The notes below the pieces were generated by a model. The model saw only the letters and a list, made by a program, of their open reading frames with translations, was not told the origin of the DNA and made no database searches. This document shows positions 24,725 through 37,545 of a DNA stretch of 64,000 nucleotides, piece by piece. Origin of the DNA: Somniosus microcephalus (taxonomy: Eukaryota). The stretch lies in the NCBI GenBank assembly GCA_052327205.1, contig CM126213.1:25172001-25236000 (forward strand), read 5' to 3'. The position numbers and the translations under genes were made by a program. Numbering within the stretch: position 1 is the stretch's first letter; each line of letters opens with the position of its first letter.

Positions 24725-25959
24725 GCCAGTTCACACTGTTATGTAGTGAACGTGACATGGACTGTACTTCGAAGTGGATTTGACGAGGGGGCTCCTCGCA
24801 CCCCCTGCCCCTCTGCAGTCCACAGGCGTGTTTGGTGTTCGTACAATCATTGTATGGTTTCCCTGATGAGCTTCCAGGCAGCCAGGAGTCATTATTGAGT
24901 TGCTGCGCTGGTGCTCTTAACTCTGAGTACTTTAGATATTTAATTTAATGTCTGCAGTGTTGTGAATTCTTTCAGTTCTTGGACCTGAATTTTAAGGTAC
25001 TGATACAGATGCAGCAACAGGGCACAGTATTCTCCCTGCCGATTTTCACGAATTCTGGGACCTGATTTTTCCTGTAAATACGGAAAACATGCATCTCTTT
25101 CCAGCTGGTCCCTCTATCACCGGTATCTGGCTGCAAAACTGAAAAGAGCAGTGCATAAGGTTCGCAGGTCTCTACTAAAACGTTATGCTCCTGATTTACT
25201 AAGGCGTGCCACTCAAATCCGCCATACTGGAGTTGCTTCTGTCAATTGATACCTAGTTGCGTTCGTGTCCGATGTGAAGAACCTCTGGTACTAGAGTCCA
25301 GCTCAGATAGTTCCCCAGATTCGTTACTATCTCTGCTGAATTCTAATACCACAAATCGAAAGATCACAAAGATTGAGGTAAAGACGAGCCAAAAAGAGAT
25401 GCAATTTGAATTTCCAGAGTAAATAGGGCTGTACACTGCAACATCCTCCCTCCTAATAAGGTGTTAATTGTGTGACAGTCATGCCTTTGAGTTTTGGTGA
25501 CTGGAGTTATTTGAAACGACTAATACTTAGTGCTATTGAACTATTGGTTAATCTATAACACCAGAGATGTCTCCTGGGAAGGGGAGAGAAGCCTTCTATT
25601 TAATACTCCGTGGTGCGGACACCTATTCCACTATTGTATTACCTTGTGGCAAATGAGAATCACATTACTAAAATATTGGCTGCTTTGCCTCCTTTGTTCC
25701 ACTACAAATATCACACATTATTTAGGCTTTAGCCTGAATAAATGGAACCCACTTTTTTTTTTTTTGTGTTTTGCATTATCCAGTTACAGCGCTCCTCCCA
25801 GTTCAGATGCCAGTGGGTTCCACAATACACAGCAGTGAAATCTCATGGCCTGCCACTGCTCCAGCCAGCCTTCAGGCACTTTCAGCTAACCCTCCTTCGC
25901 ATCACTTTAAAACTCCGCACAGAAAAAGTGCAGAGTGGAGAGGGGAGTCAGGTATGTGT

Positions 25960-26995
25960 GAAACTGTTCAACCTCCGTCGCCTCCAGTCTAGATCCAAGG
26001 CCGTCCCATCCTCTGTCGTCGAATTACAGTATGCAGACGACGCTTGCTTCTGCGCATACTCGGAGGTCGAACTCCAAACCATTGTCAACACCTTCACCAA
26101 AGCGTACGAGAGCATGGGCCTTACACTAACCATCCGTAATACAAAGGTCCTCTACCAACCTGCCCCCGCCACACAGTACTGCCCCCCGATTATCAAAATC
26201 CACGACAAGGCCTTGGACAACGTGGACCACTTTCCATACCTTGGGAGCCTACTGTCAACAAGGGCAGACGTCAATGACGAAGTCCAACACCGCCTTCAGT
26301 GTGCCAGTGCAGCCTTCGGTTGCCTGAGGAAGAGAGTGTTTGAAGACCAGGACCTCAAACCCGGCACCAAGCTCATGGTCTACAGAGCAGCAATGATACC
26401 CGCCCTCCTGTATGCCTCAGAGACATGGAACAACAGCAGGCACCTCAAAGCACTGGAGAGGTACCACCAATGCTGCCTCCGCAAGATCCTGCAAATCCAT
26501 TGGCAAGATAGGCGCACCAACGTCTGTGTTCTCACTCAGGCCAACATCCCCAGCATTGCAGCTTTGACCGCGCTCGATCAGCTTGCCCGATACGAGACTC
26601 CCAAAACAAGCGCTCTACTCGGAGCTCCGACACAGCGAGAGAGCCCCAAGTGGGCAGAGGAAATGCTTCAAAGACACCCTCAAAGCCTCCTTGAAAAAGT
26701 GCAACATTCCCACTGACACCTGGGAATCCCTGGCCCAAGACCGCACAAAGTGGAGGAGAACCATCCGGGAAGGCGCCGAACACCTCGAGTCTCTTTGTCG
26801 GGAGCAAGCGGAAGTCAAGTGCAAGGAGCGCACGTCAACCCAAGCACCCCACCCACCCGCACCTTCAACCACCGTCTGCCCCACCTGTGACAGAGACTGT
26901 AGGTCCCGCATTGGACTCATCAGTCACCTGAGAACTCACTTTTTTAATGTGGAAGCAAGTCATCCTCGGTTCCGAGGGACTGCCTAAGAAGAGAA
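25960..26995 (+). mobile_element. RTE-clade LINE, 5'-truncated (RT C-terminal half plus CCHH zinc finger)
   Basis: LQYADD RT motif, VDHFPYLGS, CPTCDRDCRSRIGLISHLRTH; frameshift/deletion near 26582; tail gggactgcctaagaagag. Confidence 0.9.
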
Positions 26996-27739
26996 TGAGT
27001 GAGCACTTGGCATGTGTACGGCTTTTCAAGTTGTACCCACTTTTAAAACGGAGCTGGAAGACAAAGGTGCCATGTAGGTCCCAGTGAAGCCAGTGGCAGG
27101 TTGGTGGAGGGCATCATCTTTGGTCACTGGCTGTATTTGTTCCACCTCTTTGGTCAACCTGCCCTGCAGCACAAACCCCGTTTCGTGAGCTATTGCATCC
27201 GAATGCATTTTTGAACGTAAACACGTTTCCCAGACCCAAACTACTTGGTCTGTGTGATGCCTCTGGAACGCAAGTAAGGATTTAAAAAATGCATTCCACT
27301 TCAGTTGAGATTTTGATTTATACAGTAGGCTGTACCATAAATGGAAAAATGCAGTGAAAGAATCTGCTACTGGAGAGAGATCTCCACACATTCTCTATTC
27401 AATGCCATTGAGTTTATTCGTCATGCCAGTGTCAGATCCCCTCTTGAATTTCCCATGAATTCTTGTGGAGAAACAGCTTGGTGTCCACATTATAAATATA
27501 AAATAAGCAATTCTTGGTTATTTTTAAATCTGGTTGTATGCTTGGCTTTCGTGAGGCTGCTGCACTGTGTGTGGGGGGGGGAATAAAGCTTAAATCTGCA
27601 AATCATACAAGGTTTCCTCATCAAGAAACCAATGGCTTGTGCCCTATACTTGGCCCATAGTTCACTGATAACGTTTGAAGGTCAGAGGCCTAAGTTGTAC
27701 TGTCTTGAAGTACTGGTGTAGTTTGAGAAGGAAGTTGGC

Positions 27740-28350
27740 TAGATTGTGGGAAAGTGGGTTGGTAGCCAGAGGTCATAAATTTAAAATAATTGGCAGAAGA
27801 ACTAGAGGGGAACTGAGGACATTTTTTTCTCCGAGGGTTGTTGAGATCTGGAATGCACTGCCTGAAAGGGTGATGGAAGAGGATTCCATAGGAAAATTTT
27901 AAAAATACAATTTGACATGTACTTGAAGAGGACTCATTTGCACAGTGGCATAGTGGTTAGCACTGTTGCCTCACAGCGCCAGGGACCCGGGTTCGAATCC
28001 GACCTCGGGCGACTGTCTGTGTGGAGTTTGCACATTCTCCCCGTGTTTGCGTGGGTTTCCTCCGGGTGCTCCGGTTTCCTCCCACAGTCCAAAGATGTGC
28101 GGGTTAGGTTGATTGGCTATGATAAATTGACCCTTAGTGTTAGGGGGATTAAATACGTGGGGTTACGGGGATAGGGTGGGATATGTGTCGGTGCAGGCTC
28201 GATGGGCCGAAATGGCCTCTATCTGTACTGTGGGGTTTCTGTGATTTGCAGCGTTCTGGAGAAGTTGGGGTGTGGGGCTAAATTGGACTGGCCGAGCCCG
28301 CACCGGCACGTCTGGTGGAATGGCCGCCTGTGCTGCAAGATTCTACGATA
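27740..28350 (+). mobile_element. CR1 3' fragment interrupted by a V-SINE
   Basis: RGHKFKIIGRRTRGELRTFFSPRVVEIWNALPERVME; the CR1 tail resumes after 28250. Confidence 0.75.
27940..28245 (+). mobile_element. HE1-type V-SINE (tRNA-derived, CR1-like tail)
   Basis: A box TGGCATAGTGG 27946-27956, B box GGTTCGAATCC 27990-28000, V-domain tgtgtggagtttgcacattctccccgtg...ccggtttcctcccacagtccaaagatgtgc, tail gatgggccgaaatggcct; flanking repeat ATTTGCA at 27936-27942 and 28244-28250. Confidence 0.9.
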
Positions 28351-29579
28351 CTACATCCTTTGCTGATGTTGGGCACCTTGGCTGGCAGTTCACCACTTGG
28401 CCCCAGGTGAGACCATCGCATTGCCAAATTATTATGGAATGGTTCCCATATACTGTAGTGAAGAATTCATAAGATGCTTAAATGGCCTAGAAACCTGTGG
28501 TGGAAAGTAAACATTCAATACATGTGTTTCTTCCAACCCGGCAGGGATACATTTTAAATTTCAGAACTTAAAAATGTCACACTTATTAGCTGAGTCTCTC
28601 TACTTAAACAAGGAATTGTGATAGTCCTCTCCTCAGGGTTCATAATGGAGGTGACTTGGTCTTAGTTGGTATAATGAGCAGGAGGAGGAGTGGATGGGAA
28701 AATTTGTATTTGGGAGGTTTATAACAAACTAGTTGCAACCAATATATTGTACTTTCCTTCCAGTGTTAAAGGATTTTTAAAGAAAATATTTTGCTTGGGT
28801 GTGTCCTGACTTTAGTTTGACTTGTGTGAAATTAACCTCGAGACATTGTTGTATTTTTTCCCCCCAAAAAACTTGCATTGGTGCACGTAGACTTAAACAA
28901 AAAAAATACTTGCACCTGGGTTGCTTCTGGACAAAAGATAAACTAAGATAAAGCAAGCACAATCTAGAGCTCCGATCCTGTTTGTTTATTTTAAATCGTA
29001 ACTCCAGGTATCTCTTTAGAAAGATAAAGCTTGTGATATAACTGCTGCATATAAACAGAGGTCAGTGGAAGTCCTCATTCCAGCCTCTTTCTACCAAATC
29101 TAGGCTTTCTGTCTAACAACTTCATCCAAATGTGAGACTGAGCCAAAAACAACAGCCAGTTTTCCCAAAACACTATAAACACTTTTCCTCTACATGCCCA
29201 GCATTTACAAACATGAAAATGATGGGCAGGACAAGACCAGCTGGTCCATCAAGCCTACCCAATGCTCCTGATGGCTGGATCATTAGGACTAAACGCTTCC
29301 CTCCACCCCACCCCCTCGCAGCAATGTAATATCATGGGAGAGGTAATAAAAGATGAAAAAACCTGGGCTAATGAGGGGAATGTACTCTGGAAAATTCCTC
29401 TCCGACCCCCTCAGGCAATCCAAACCAGTGCCGGAGATCACATGGACGAAGTGTTATCTATAAAGACGCCAGTCAAGCTCCCTCTTTAAGGCATACAGTT
29501 TTAGCACCCATCACACCAGCCGGCAATGTATTCCAGAGGCTTCCCTACTCTCTGGGAAAGAACTACCCAACAACCATAG

Positions 29580-29945
29580 GGTATGGTAGTGTTATTAGTT
29601 ATGGTGATGGGCTAGCAACCTAGAGGTCATAAGTTCAGATCCCATCAAGGTAAGCTGGAATGGAATTTATTGAACAGCACCAGGGAAAAAACAGCCCACG
29701 AAGGTTGCCAGATTGTTCCTGGTTGGTTCACTATTTCCTTTCAGGGAAGAGAACCTGCAACCCCTACCTAGTCTGGCCTACACGTGACTCCAATCCCATA
29801 CTATGTGATTGACTCGTAATGCCCTCTGAAGTGGCCCAGCAATACAATTTATACAAAGAGTCCACGATCACCACTGGGTAACTGGAGAGGGGCAATAAAT
29901 GTGGCCTTGCCCACACTATGACAACAGATGCATATTTTTTTTTAA
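29580..29945 (+). mobile_element. tRNA-derived SINE with the LINE tail seen at 18840-19015 (related copy ~42735-43050 -)
   Basis: Head with B-box-like agttcagatccc; body tctggcctacacgtgactcc; tail gggcaataaatgtggccttgcc. Confidence 0.55.
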
Positions 29946-30299
29946 TTTCACACTTAACTTGTTTGTAAAATTGTTTGAATCGGAATCCTGCACAGGAGCA
30001 GCATTGTAGGAGGCCAATGACGGTGTAGTGGGCCACCATCTCCTTTCACTTCTTGCATTATCCCAATTTAACCCAAGCACCTCAAGATCTTAACTATACT
30101 CTATGGTGAATTTCCATAGTTCAGCAAGACACTAACACGGTGAAACCGTAAGCTTTAAATGTGTTTTAGTCTGCAACAACAAAAAAATGCATTTATGTAG
30201 TGTCTTTAATGTAGTAAAACATCCCAAGGTGCTTCACTGGAGCATTGCCAAACAAAATTTTCTGGCAATCAACTGTAGATTCTAATTTTTAGAGGTGAT

Positions 30300-31452
30300 G
30301 TCCCGCATGGGAGACTGGTCAAGAAGGTAAGAGCCCATGGGATCCAGGGCAATTTGGCACATTGGATCCAAAATTGGCTTCGTGGCAGGAGGCAGAGGGT
30401 GATGGTCGAAGGTTGTTTTTGTGACTGGAAGCCTGCGTCCAGTGGTGTACCGCAGGGATCGGTGCTGGGTTCCTTCTTGTTTGTAGTGTACATTAATGAC
30501 TTAGATATGAATGTAGGAGGTATAATCAGCAAGTTCGCAGATGACACGAAAATTGGTGGAGTGGTAAATAGCGAGGAGGGAAGCCTCGGGCTACAGGGCG
30601 ATAGAGACAGGTTGGTCAGATGGGCAAAACAGTGGCAAATGGAATTTAACCCTGAAAAGTGTGAGGTGATGCATTTTGGGAGGACTAACAAGGCAAGGGA
30701 ATACACAATAAATGGTAGGCCCCTAGGAAGGACAGAGGATCAGAGGGACCTTGGTGTGCATGTACATAGATCCCTGAAGGTAGCAAGACAGGTAGATAAG
30801 GTGGTTAAAAAGGCATATGGGATACTTGCCTTCATTAACCGAGGCATAGAATATAAGAGCAGGGAGGTTATGATGCAGCTGTACAAAACGCTAGTTAGGC
30901 CACAACTGGAATACTCTGTGTAGTTCTGGTCTCCACACTATAGGAAGGATGTGATTGCATTAGAGAGGGTGCAGAGGAGATTCACCAGGATGTTACCTGG
31001 GCTGGACTGCTTCAGGTATGAGGAGCGATTGGACAGGCTGGGGTTGTTTTCCTTGGAGCAAAGAAGGCTGAGGGGGGACCTGATTGAGGTGTACAAAATT
31101 GTGAGGGGCATAGATAGGGTAGATAGAAAGGAACTTTTCCCCTTAGTAGAGGGGTCAATAATCAAGGGGCATAGTTTCAAGGTAAGGGGCAGGAGGTTTA
31201 GAGGGGATTTGAGGAAAAACTTTTTCACCCAGAGGGTGGTTGGAATCTGGAACTCACTGCCTGAAAGGGTGGTAGAGGCAGGAACCCTCACAACATTCAA
31301 GAAGCATTTAGATGAGCACTTGAAACGCCATAGTCTACAAGGCTACGGACCAAGTGTTGGAAAATGGGATTAGATTAGACAGGGCTAGATGGCCGGCGCG
31401 GACACAATGGGTCGAAGGGCCTCTTTCTGTGCTGTATAACTCTGACTCTATG
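30300..31452 (+). mobile_element. CR1 LINE, 5'-truncated, relatively young
   Basis: GVPQGSVLG, KFADD, WNSLPERVVEA; a single in-frame TAG at 30921-30923; 3' UTR ends ...ctgtataactctgactctatg. Confidence 0.95.
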
Positions 31453-31454
31453 TC

Positions 31455-31682
31455 ATGAAGCACTTCACACAAAGGGTAGTAGAAATCTGGAACTCTCCTT
31501 AAAAAGTTATTGAGGTGGGGGGGAAATTGAAAATTTCAAAACTGAGATTGATAGATTTTTGTTAGCCAGGGGTATTAAGGGCCACGGAACCAAGGTGGGT
31601 AGATGGAGTTAAGATACAGATCAGGCATGATCTAATTGAATGGCAGAATAGGCTCGGGGGCTGAATGGCCTGTTGTTCCTAG
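31455..31682 (+). mobile_element. CR1 3' fragment of another subfamily
   Basis: cacacaaagggtagtagaaatctggaactc...gctgaatggcct; same subfamily as 4150-4460 and 7714-7925. Confidence 0.7.
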
Positions 31683-31796
31683 AGGTGGTGTTGCTGCGTT
31701 TAATCATTCCATACGGATGCCATCATGTGTCGTAGTACATGAAGTGTATTGCTTGGCTTTGCTGTGACGGATCAGTAACTTCCTTTGCACATTGTA

Positions 31797-32174
31797 CAGG
31801 TAGACTACCCTTTATCCGGACTTCCGAAAACCGAAACCCTCTAAAAACCGAAGGTTTTTTCGTTCAGCGTAAGTCGTGCGTACGAACGAAAAAACCTTCG
31901 GTTTTTAGAGGGTTCCGGTTTCGGAAGTTCGGATAAAGGGTAAGTCGTGCGCACGACCCCCCCCCCCCCGCGGGCCCCGACCCCGCCAGCCCCGACAACC
32001 GCCGACCCCCCCGCCGACCCCGACTGACTTACGCTGAGCGTCAGCGTAAGTCGTGCGCACGACCCCCCACCGACCCCCCCCCCCCCCCGCCGAACCACCT
32101 TCCGAAATCCGAAATTCTCCTTTATCCGAAACTCGGCTGGTCCCGAGGTTTTCGGATAAAGGATAGTCTACCTG
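31797..32174. mobile_element. Tc1/mariner-pogo (Tigger-like) fold-back MITE
   Basis: TA at 31795-31796 and 32175-32176; 22-bp TIR CAGGTAGACTA(C/T)CCTTTATCCG with 1 mismatch; internal ~60-bp inverted repeat. Confidence 0.9.
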
Positions 32175-35049
32175 TAATGGGTGCACATCGTGATTTCAAA
32201 GCTATAATCTTGGGGTTCAGGTAGTTAAAATGCACTGAAGCTTTGCTCTCACTTTTTGGTGTCATCCAAACCTGCTACTGCTTCATTGCCCCTGATGGCC
32301 ATTGTATTTTGTTTCTAATCTCCTTAAGCAGTACTCTCTCCATCAGTTCTCCTTGCTACCAATGAAATGGCCATTTTTTAATGTTCTCCTGGATTTAACT
32401 GTGTAAATTTTAAATGGCAAATCCCAATATTAAAAGCACGGAACAACAGGTGATTGAGCCTGACCATGCGACTGAGTTTACCTAATATGCATAACTGAAA
32501 TTACAAGGTTGTGAAACATACAAGGGTAATGCCTGTGCTGATGGCGTCTCCTTCACACTGGTTCAGACTGCTCCAAGCTGGTTTCTCGCTGTTGTCATCA
32601 GTGCTGATTACTTAAACGGTAAAATTATCAATAGCCACGGGGAGAAAAACAAGTTATAGTGGCTCCTAATTGGACTACAGAATGCTGCAGGTCATTCAGT
32701 CCATCAGGTCTGTGCCAACTTTTGAATTGTTCTTGTTAAAATTCAAAAGCTGTATGCCACAGTGTTGTGTTCAGGATCATTTCCCCAAATTGCATGTTCC
32801 ATAACTTTGGGCTTTATGAAATCTAACTGGAGGACCGGTAATCTACCTGCAGCAACAGTAACTTGCATTTATATAGCGCCTTTAACTTAGCAGAAAAACT
32901 CCTAAGGCGCTTCGCAGCAGTATAATCAGACAAAAATCAATGCCAAGCCAAAGGAATGTTAGAAGAGGTGACTAATGTAGAGAGTGAGCCAACCATAAGT
33001 CGGACTAATGCACATAATGGTCAAGGACAACATTTGGCAGAGACCTGGGTGTGGGTTACCCGCCCCCGTTATGGTGCCGCAGGACTATAAGCTTAAAATT
33101 GGGAACAAGCACATGACTGGATGACAATGCTCTATTTTGGAGGATCTGACCCTATTACATTTTGTGTTTTTTGTAGTCATCGGTAATCAGTGAACCCCTT
33201 TACACAATGATTGAAATTCTACCGTGATGCATTGATAACGATGCAGTCTTCCTGGAAGTTGAATATGTTACTGTGTCGAAATCAAAGAGTTTAAAAACCC
33301 AATTTGGTAAAGATGGCGGATCGAACATTCTGTCATCTCGCTGTTTATTGAGTGAGCTAATTCCAGTTGAGGAACCAACATAATTAATTAGGTACTATTT
33401 TCTTTCCAAAAGCTCAAAGTCTAGTTTATTAGTATTCCTGGTGATATTTATAGAAAAAAAAAATTGAATAGTGGCAAATTCTGGAAACACAAAATGGGCC
33501 AATCAGCATCTAGAAGCAGTTTCAGGCAAGAAAGGTCAGATAATTGGTCCATCTGTTGAAGGATCCTACCTGACCCATTGACCTCCCTTTCTATTTCAGA
33601 AGCTGGTTGGCTGGCTGTGTACTTCAGCACTTGTAGGTTTTATTTTAGCAATTCTAGTGTGGTAGCTTAACATCTGAGCTTTTTAAAAATGATGTACTGT
33701 ATTCCCATTCTTGATCTACTTTCAATCATGCAATGAAGTCTGTACATAAGAGGCTGAATAGCAGTGTTTGATCCCTTGGACTTTAATGGTGATTTTTTTT
33801 TTTGTCGAGGGGAAGAGCAAAGAAAAGCAAGGCTGCTGCAAAAAATTCTCGTCTCCAAAAGCTGCTTGAGAAAAATGACACGGAGTTTTTCCCGCAATGT
33901 GCAGTGCAGGAAAAATGTTGTATTTCAGCCTGAGTTGACTTGTGGACAGAAAAGATTACAGTTTCTTAAATTGTACACTACTTCTGTGCTGTTCCCATGT
34001 TTTAAAATCCTGATTGTAATCTGTGGGACAGCTGGTTGCAGATTAGATGTTGTCTTCATTGATTCAGGTGAGTAGGTGGACTCTTATTTATTTTACTGTT
34101 TACAGACTAGTTTTCCCTCCTACAGATCTGTCTTGTTACATTTTTTTTTAAGGGGCACAGTGTTCTACTTTGGCCTGTCAGACACTAATCCATCCCTGAT
34201 ATTGTTGGGCTTATTGTACCTAATCTAGATCACCTAGTGTTTACTGACTGGGGGAATACAAACGGTCCCTTGTTGAATCTCGTGGATGTTTTCCTTCAGT
34301 ACCTGCATGCTGCTGTATCACTAGTGACATAACAGACAGGAAATGAATGGAAACCATAGTACAGGAGGGGTGGCTGCAAGAGCCAGAATTAACCATTGAC
34401 TTGCTGGTTACACAAACCTGGAAATGTTCAATGTACGTAGAAACAGACCAAAAAAGGGACACAAGACCAACTGGTCCATCCCGAAATGGTGCAACCTACA
34501 CGCGCCATCAACCCCCACCCATCGCCTCTTGGTCATCATCTGGAAGTGCCAAAACACCAAGGAGAATATCGTGGGCCAATTTAGGGGGGGAAATCTGGGA
34601 AATTTCCCTCTGACACCCAATAGTAATCAAGCCAACTTCAGGAGACCAGAGTGACAAATACCACTATTCCCAAATAACCCAGATACCTTCTGTAACACTA
34701 AATGTCTTCCACTCTCTGGCGCGTCCAGCTCCCTTTTGAAGGCCTGCAACAAATCCACACATACTGGCCACCTAGTACAGAGGTAGATGACTCTACAAAA
34801 TTCCTGGCATCTTAGCAAACTCTGTTTCCATAACTTGTTCTAATGCCACCGAGTGCCCCCTACCTATCTAGCTCAAGTAACCTGTCCACTTGGTCAGAGT
34901 CTAATCCCTTCATTATATTAAACGCCTCAATCATAGCCACTTGAGAAATATGCTTTTCTAGACTATATTAAACAAAAAGAAAAGGATCGACGCAATCACT
35001 TCTGAGTAAAATTAATAGATGGTAACAGAGGTAAACTATGACTGGGACG

Positions 35050-35180
35050 AAAGCAAAATACTGTGGATGCTGGAAATCTGAACTAAAACGCAAAATGCTG
35101 GAAATACTCAGCAGATCAGGCAGCATCTGTGGAGAGAGAAACAGAGTTAACGTTTCAGGTCGATGACCTTTTGTCAGATC
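35050..35180 (-). mobile_element. Penelope-like terminal-repeat fragment with hammerhead-like motif
   Basis: Minus strand 35144-35177 reads CTGACAA-a-AGGTC atc GACCT-GAAAC-GTT-aactc followed by ...tctccacagatgctgcctgatctgctgagtatttccagcatt, homologous to 24612-24724. Confidence 0.7.
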
Positions 35181-35329
35181 TGAAAAAAGTTAGAGATATA
35201 ACGAGTTTAAAAAAAAGTAAGATATAGCTGGGGTTAGAGATATAAAAGTTAGAGGTATGACTGGGGTATACTTTAGATCCCCAGGCCTGGGTTAAAGCCT
35301 TGACCTGAAACTCTGAGATGTGATAAGGA

Positions 35330-37545
35330 AGATGACTAGTAAGAGACCAACTATAGCAGTTGGAGATTTCAACTTTGCAGAAATTGACTGGGCAATAATG
35401 TCTCTGCTGGTAAGACAGGGAAGGGATCTGTAGAGTTAATGGAAAACTGCCTAATGACTCAATTTGTAAAAGAGCCAACAAAGGGAGGAAACATCTTGGA
35501 TTTGATTGAGTAATAGGGGCAATCAAATCTCCAGCACAAAGGTGGCTGAGGCTTTAAGTGCCAGTAATCATAACATTTGGCATTACAAGGATTGGAGAGG
35601 TTAAAGAAACCCAAACAAAATTACCACATTTTAAGAGGACCAGCTTTATGCACTTAAGTTGTCAGAGTGGGCCTGACAGGTTGGACTATGGCACAGACAC
35701 GATGGGCCAAAAGGCCACCTTCTGTGCTGTAAATTTCGATGCTGATTCTCTGGTTAGGGGAGTGGCGGAACGGTGGAGTTCCTTCTCGGACATGATTCTG
35801 AATGCAATGGACCATTGTGTACCCGTGCGAAGCAAAGGTACCAAAGCTGCAAGGCGCTCCTGCCTGGTTGAACAGGACTGCCAAGCAACTTAGAAGATAA
35901 AAAAGGCAGTTAAGGCCAGAAAGAAAAATGGCACATGAATTAAGACGGATTCAATACCAAAAGGCATGTCAAGAGTGTAACAGTATTTTTCCAATTGAAT
36001 ATGACGAGGTGAAAGATAATTATTTTTAGTTATATTAAGAGAAAAATGAGGAATGGAGTGGGGCCACTGAAAGTGGGGTCGGGTGAGGGCATCACAGCTG
36101 ATGCTACATAGGTTGCATAGGTGCAAAAAAAAATTCCCTGTTTTTACCAGGGAAGAGACTGGTAACATATTTGATCTGGAAAGGGAACGAGAGGGTTTTT
36201 TTATTCATTCACTGGATGTGGGTGTCGCTGGCATTTATTGCCCATCCCTAATTGCTCTTGAGAAGGTGGTGGTGAGTTGCTGCCTTGAACCGCTGCAGTC
36301 AGTGTGGTGAAGGTATTCCCATAGTGATGTTGGGGAGAAAGTTCCTGGATTTTGACCTAGTGACGATGAAGGAACGACAATATATTTCCAAGTCAAGTAG
36401 TGTTCCCATGGGCCTGAGGTAAGAGGTTGCAGAGGTAAGTTGTGACACTATTCACATTGCTACCAGCATAGTTGCTGAACAGCTGTGCAAGCTTAAAGTG
36501 AATAAATCTCTTGCAGATAAGATGCATCTGAGGATCCTTAAAGAACTAAGGGAGGAAATTGCACGAACTCTGCACAAATCTTCCAGAAATCACTGAATAC
36601 TGGAGAAGTGCCTGGGGATTGGAGAGAGGCAGATGTCACTCCTATTTTTTTTTTTTTTAAAGGTAGCAGAAGTGACCCCGGACTCTACAGACCAGTAAAT
36701 TTAACATCCATTGTGGGTAAAGTTATGGAAACCCTTATTAAAGATAGCATCGTGGAAAGAAAGAACTTGCATTTACATGGTGCCTTTCTCCTCCCTGGGG
36801 ACGTCCCAACATGCTTTGCACCCAATGAAGTACTTTGGGAGCGTAGTCACTTACAATGTAGTAAAGGCGGCAGCTAATTTGCGCACAAAGGTCCCACAAA
36901 CAGCAATGTGATAATGACCCAATAATCTGTTTTAGTGATGTTGGTTGAGGGATAAATATTGGCCAGGACAGCAGGGAGAACTCCCCTGCTCTTTTTTTTT
37001 TGAATGGCACATCTGGATAGAAGTAAAAGATAGCCAATATTGTGAAGGAGCGGTCTTGCCAATCTAATTTACTGGTTTTCTTTTGAGGGTGTGACAAAGG
37101 AGCTTTATTGAAGTACGGTAAATGATGTCAGTAAGACCTTCGATACAGTTTCTCTGGAAAGGCTGGTACTGAAAATAAAGAAAGCGGGAAATCCGTGGCA
37201 ATATTTTAAAATGGATACGTAATTGGTTGCCCGATAGAACCCAGAGGGTGGTGGTACAGGGATTGTCATCAGCCTGGCTGAATGTTCCCATTGGGGTCCC
37301 ACAGTGGCCTGTTTTTGGGTTGTCTTTTGTTTAATATCTTCATAAATGATCTGGAGCTAGGAGTCTCGAGCACAGAGGCTTGAAGTTTGCAGATGATACA
37401 AAGCTAATGAAAGTGGTAGATGGCAAAGCTGAACAGGATGATTTACAGAAGGATTTGAATATACTTGGGAATTGGGCAGGCAGGTGGCAGATGAAATTCA
37501 ACATAAAGAAATGCAAACGACAAAAACAAAACGATATTGTAAGCA
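35330..37545 (+). mobile_element. Old fragmented CR1 LINE with nested SINE/LINE-tail insertions
   Basis: Scattered ORF2 motifs: GDFN (~35363), PGDWREADVTPIF, YRPVNLTSIVGK, KFADDTKL (~37383), WQMKFNI. Confidence 0.7.

Noticed and set aside
25742-26716. 324-aa ORF as a host gene
   Set aside because: It is chance upstream sequence fused to a truncated RTE reverse transcriptase with a frameshifted end.
27940-28012. tRNA gene
   Set aside because: The A/B boxes belong to the SINE head and run directly into the V-domain; there is no proper acceptor stem.
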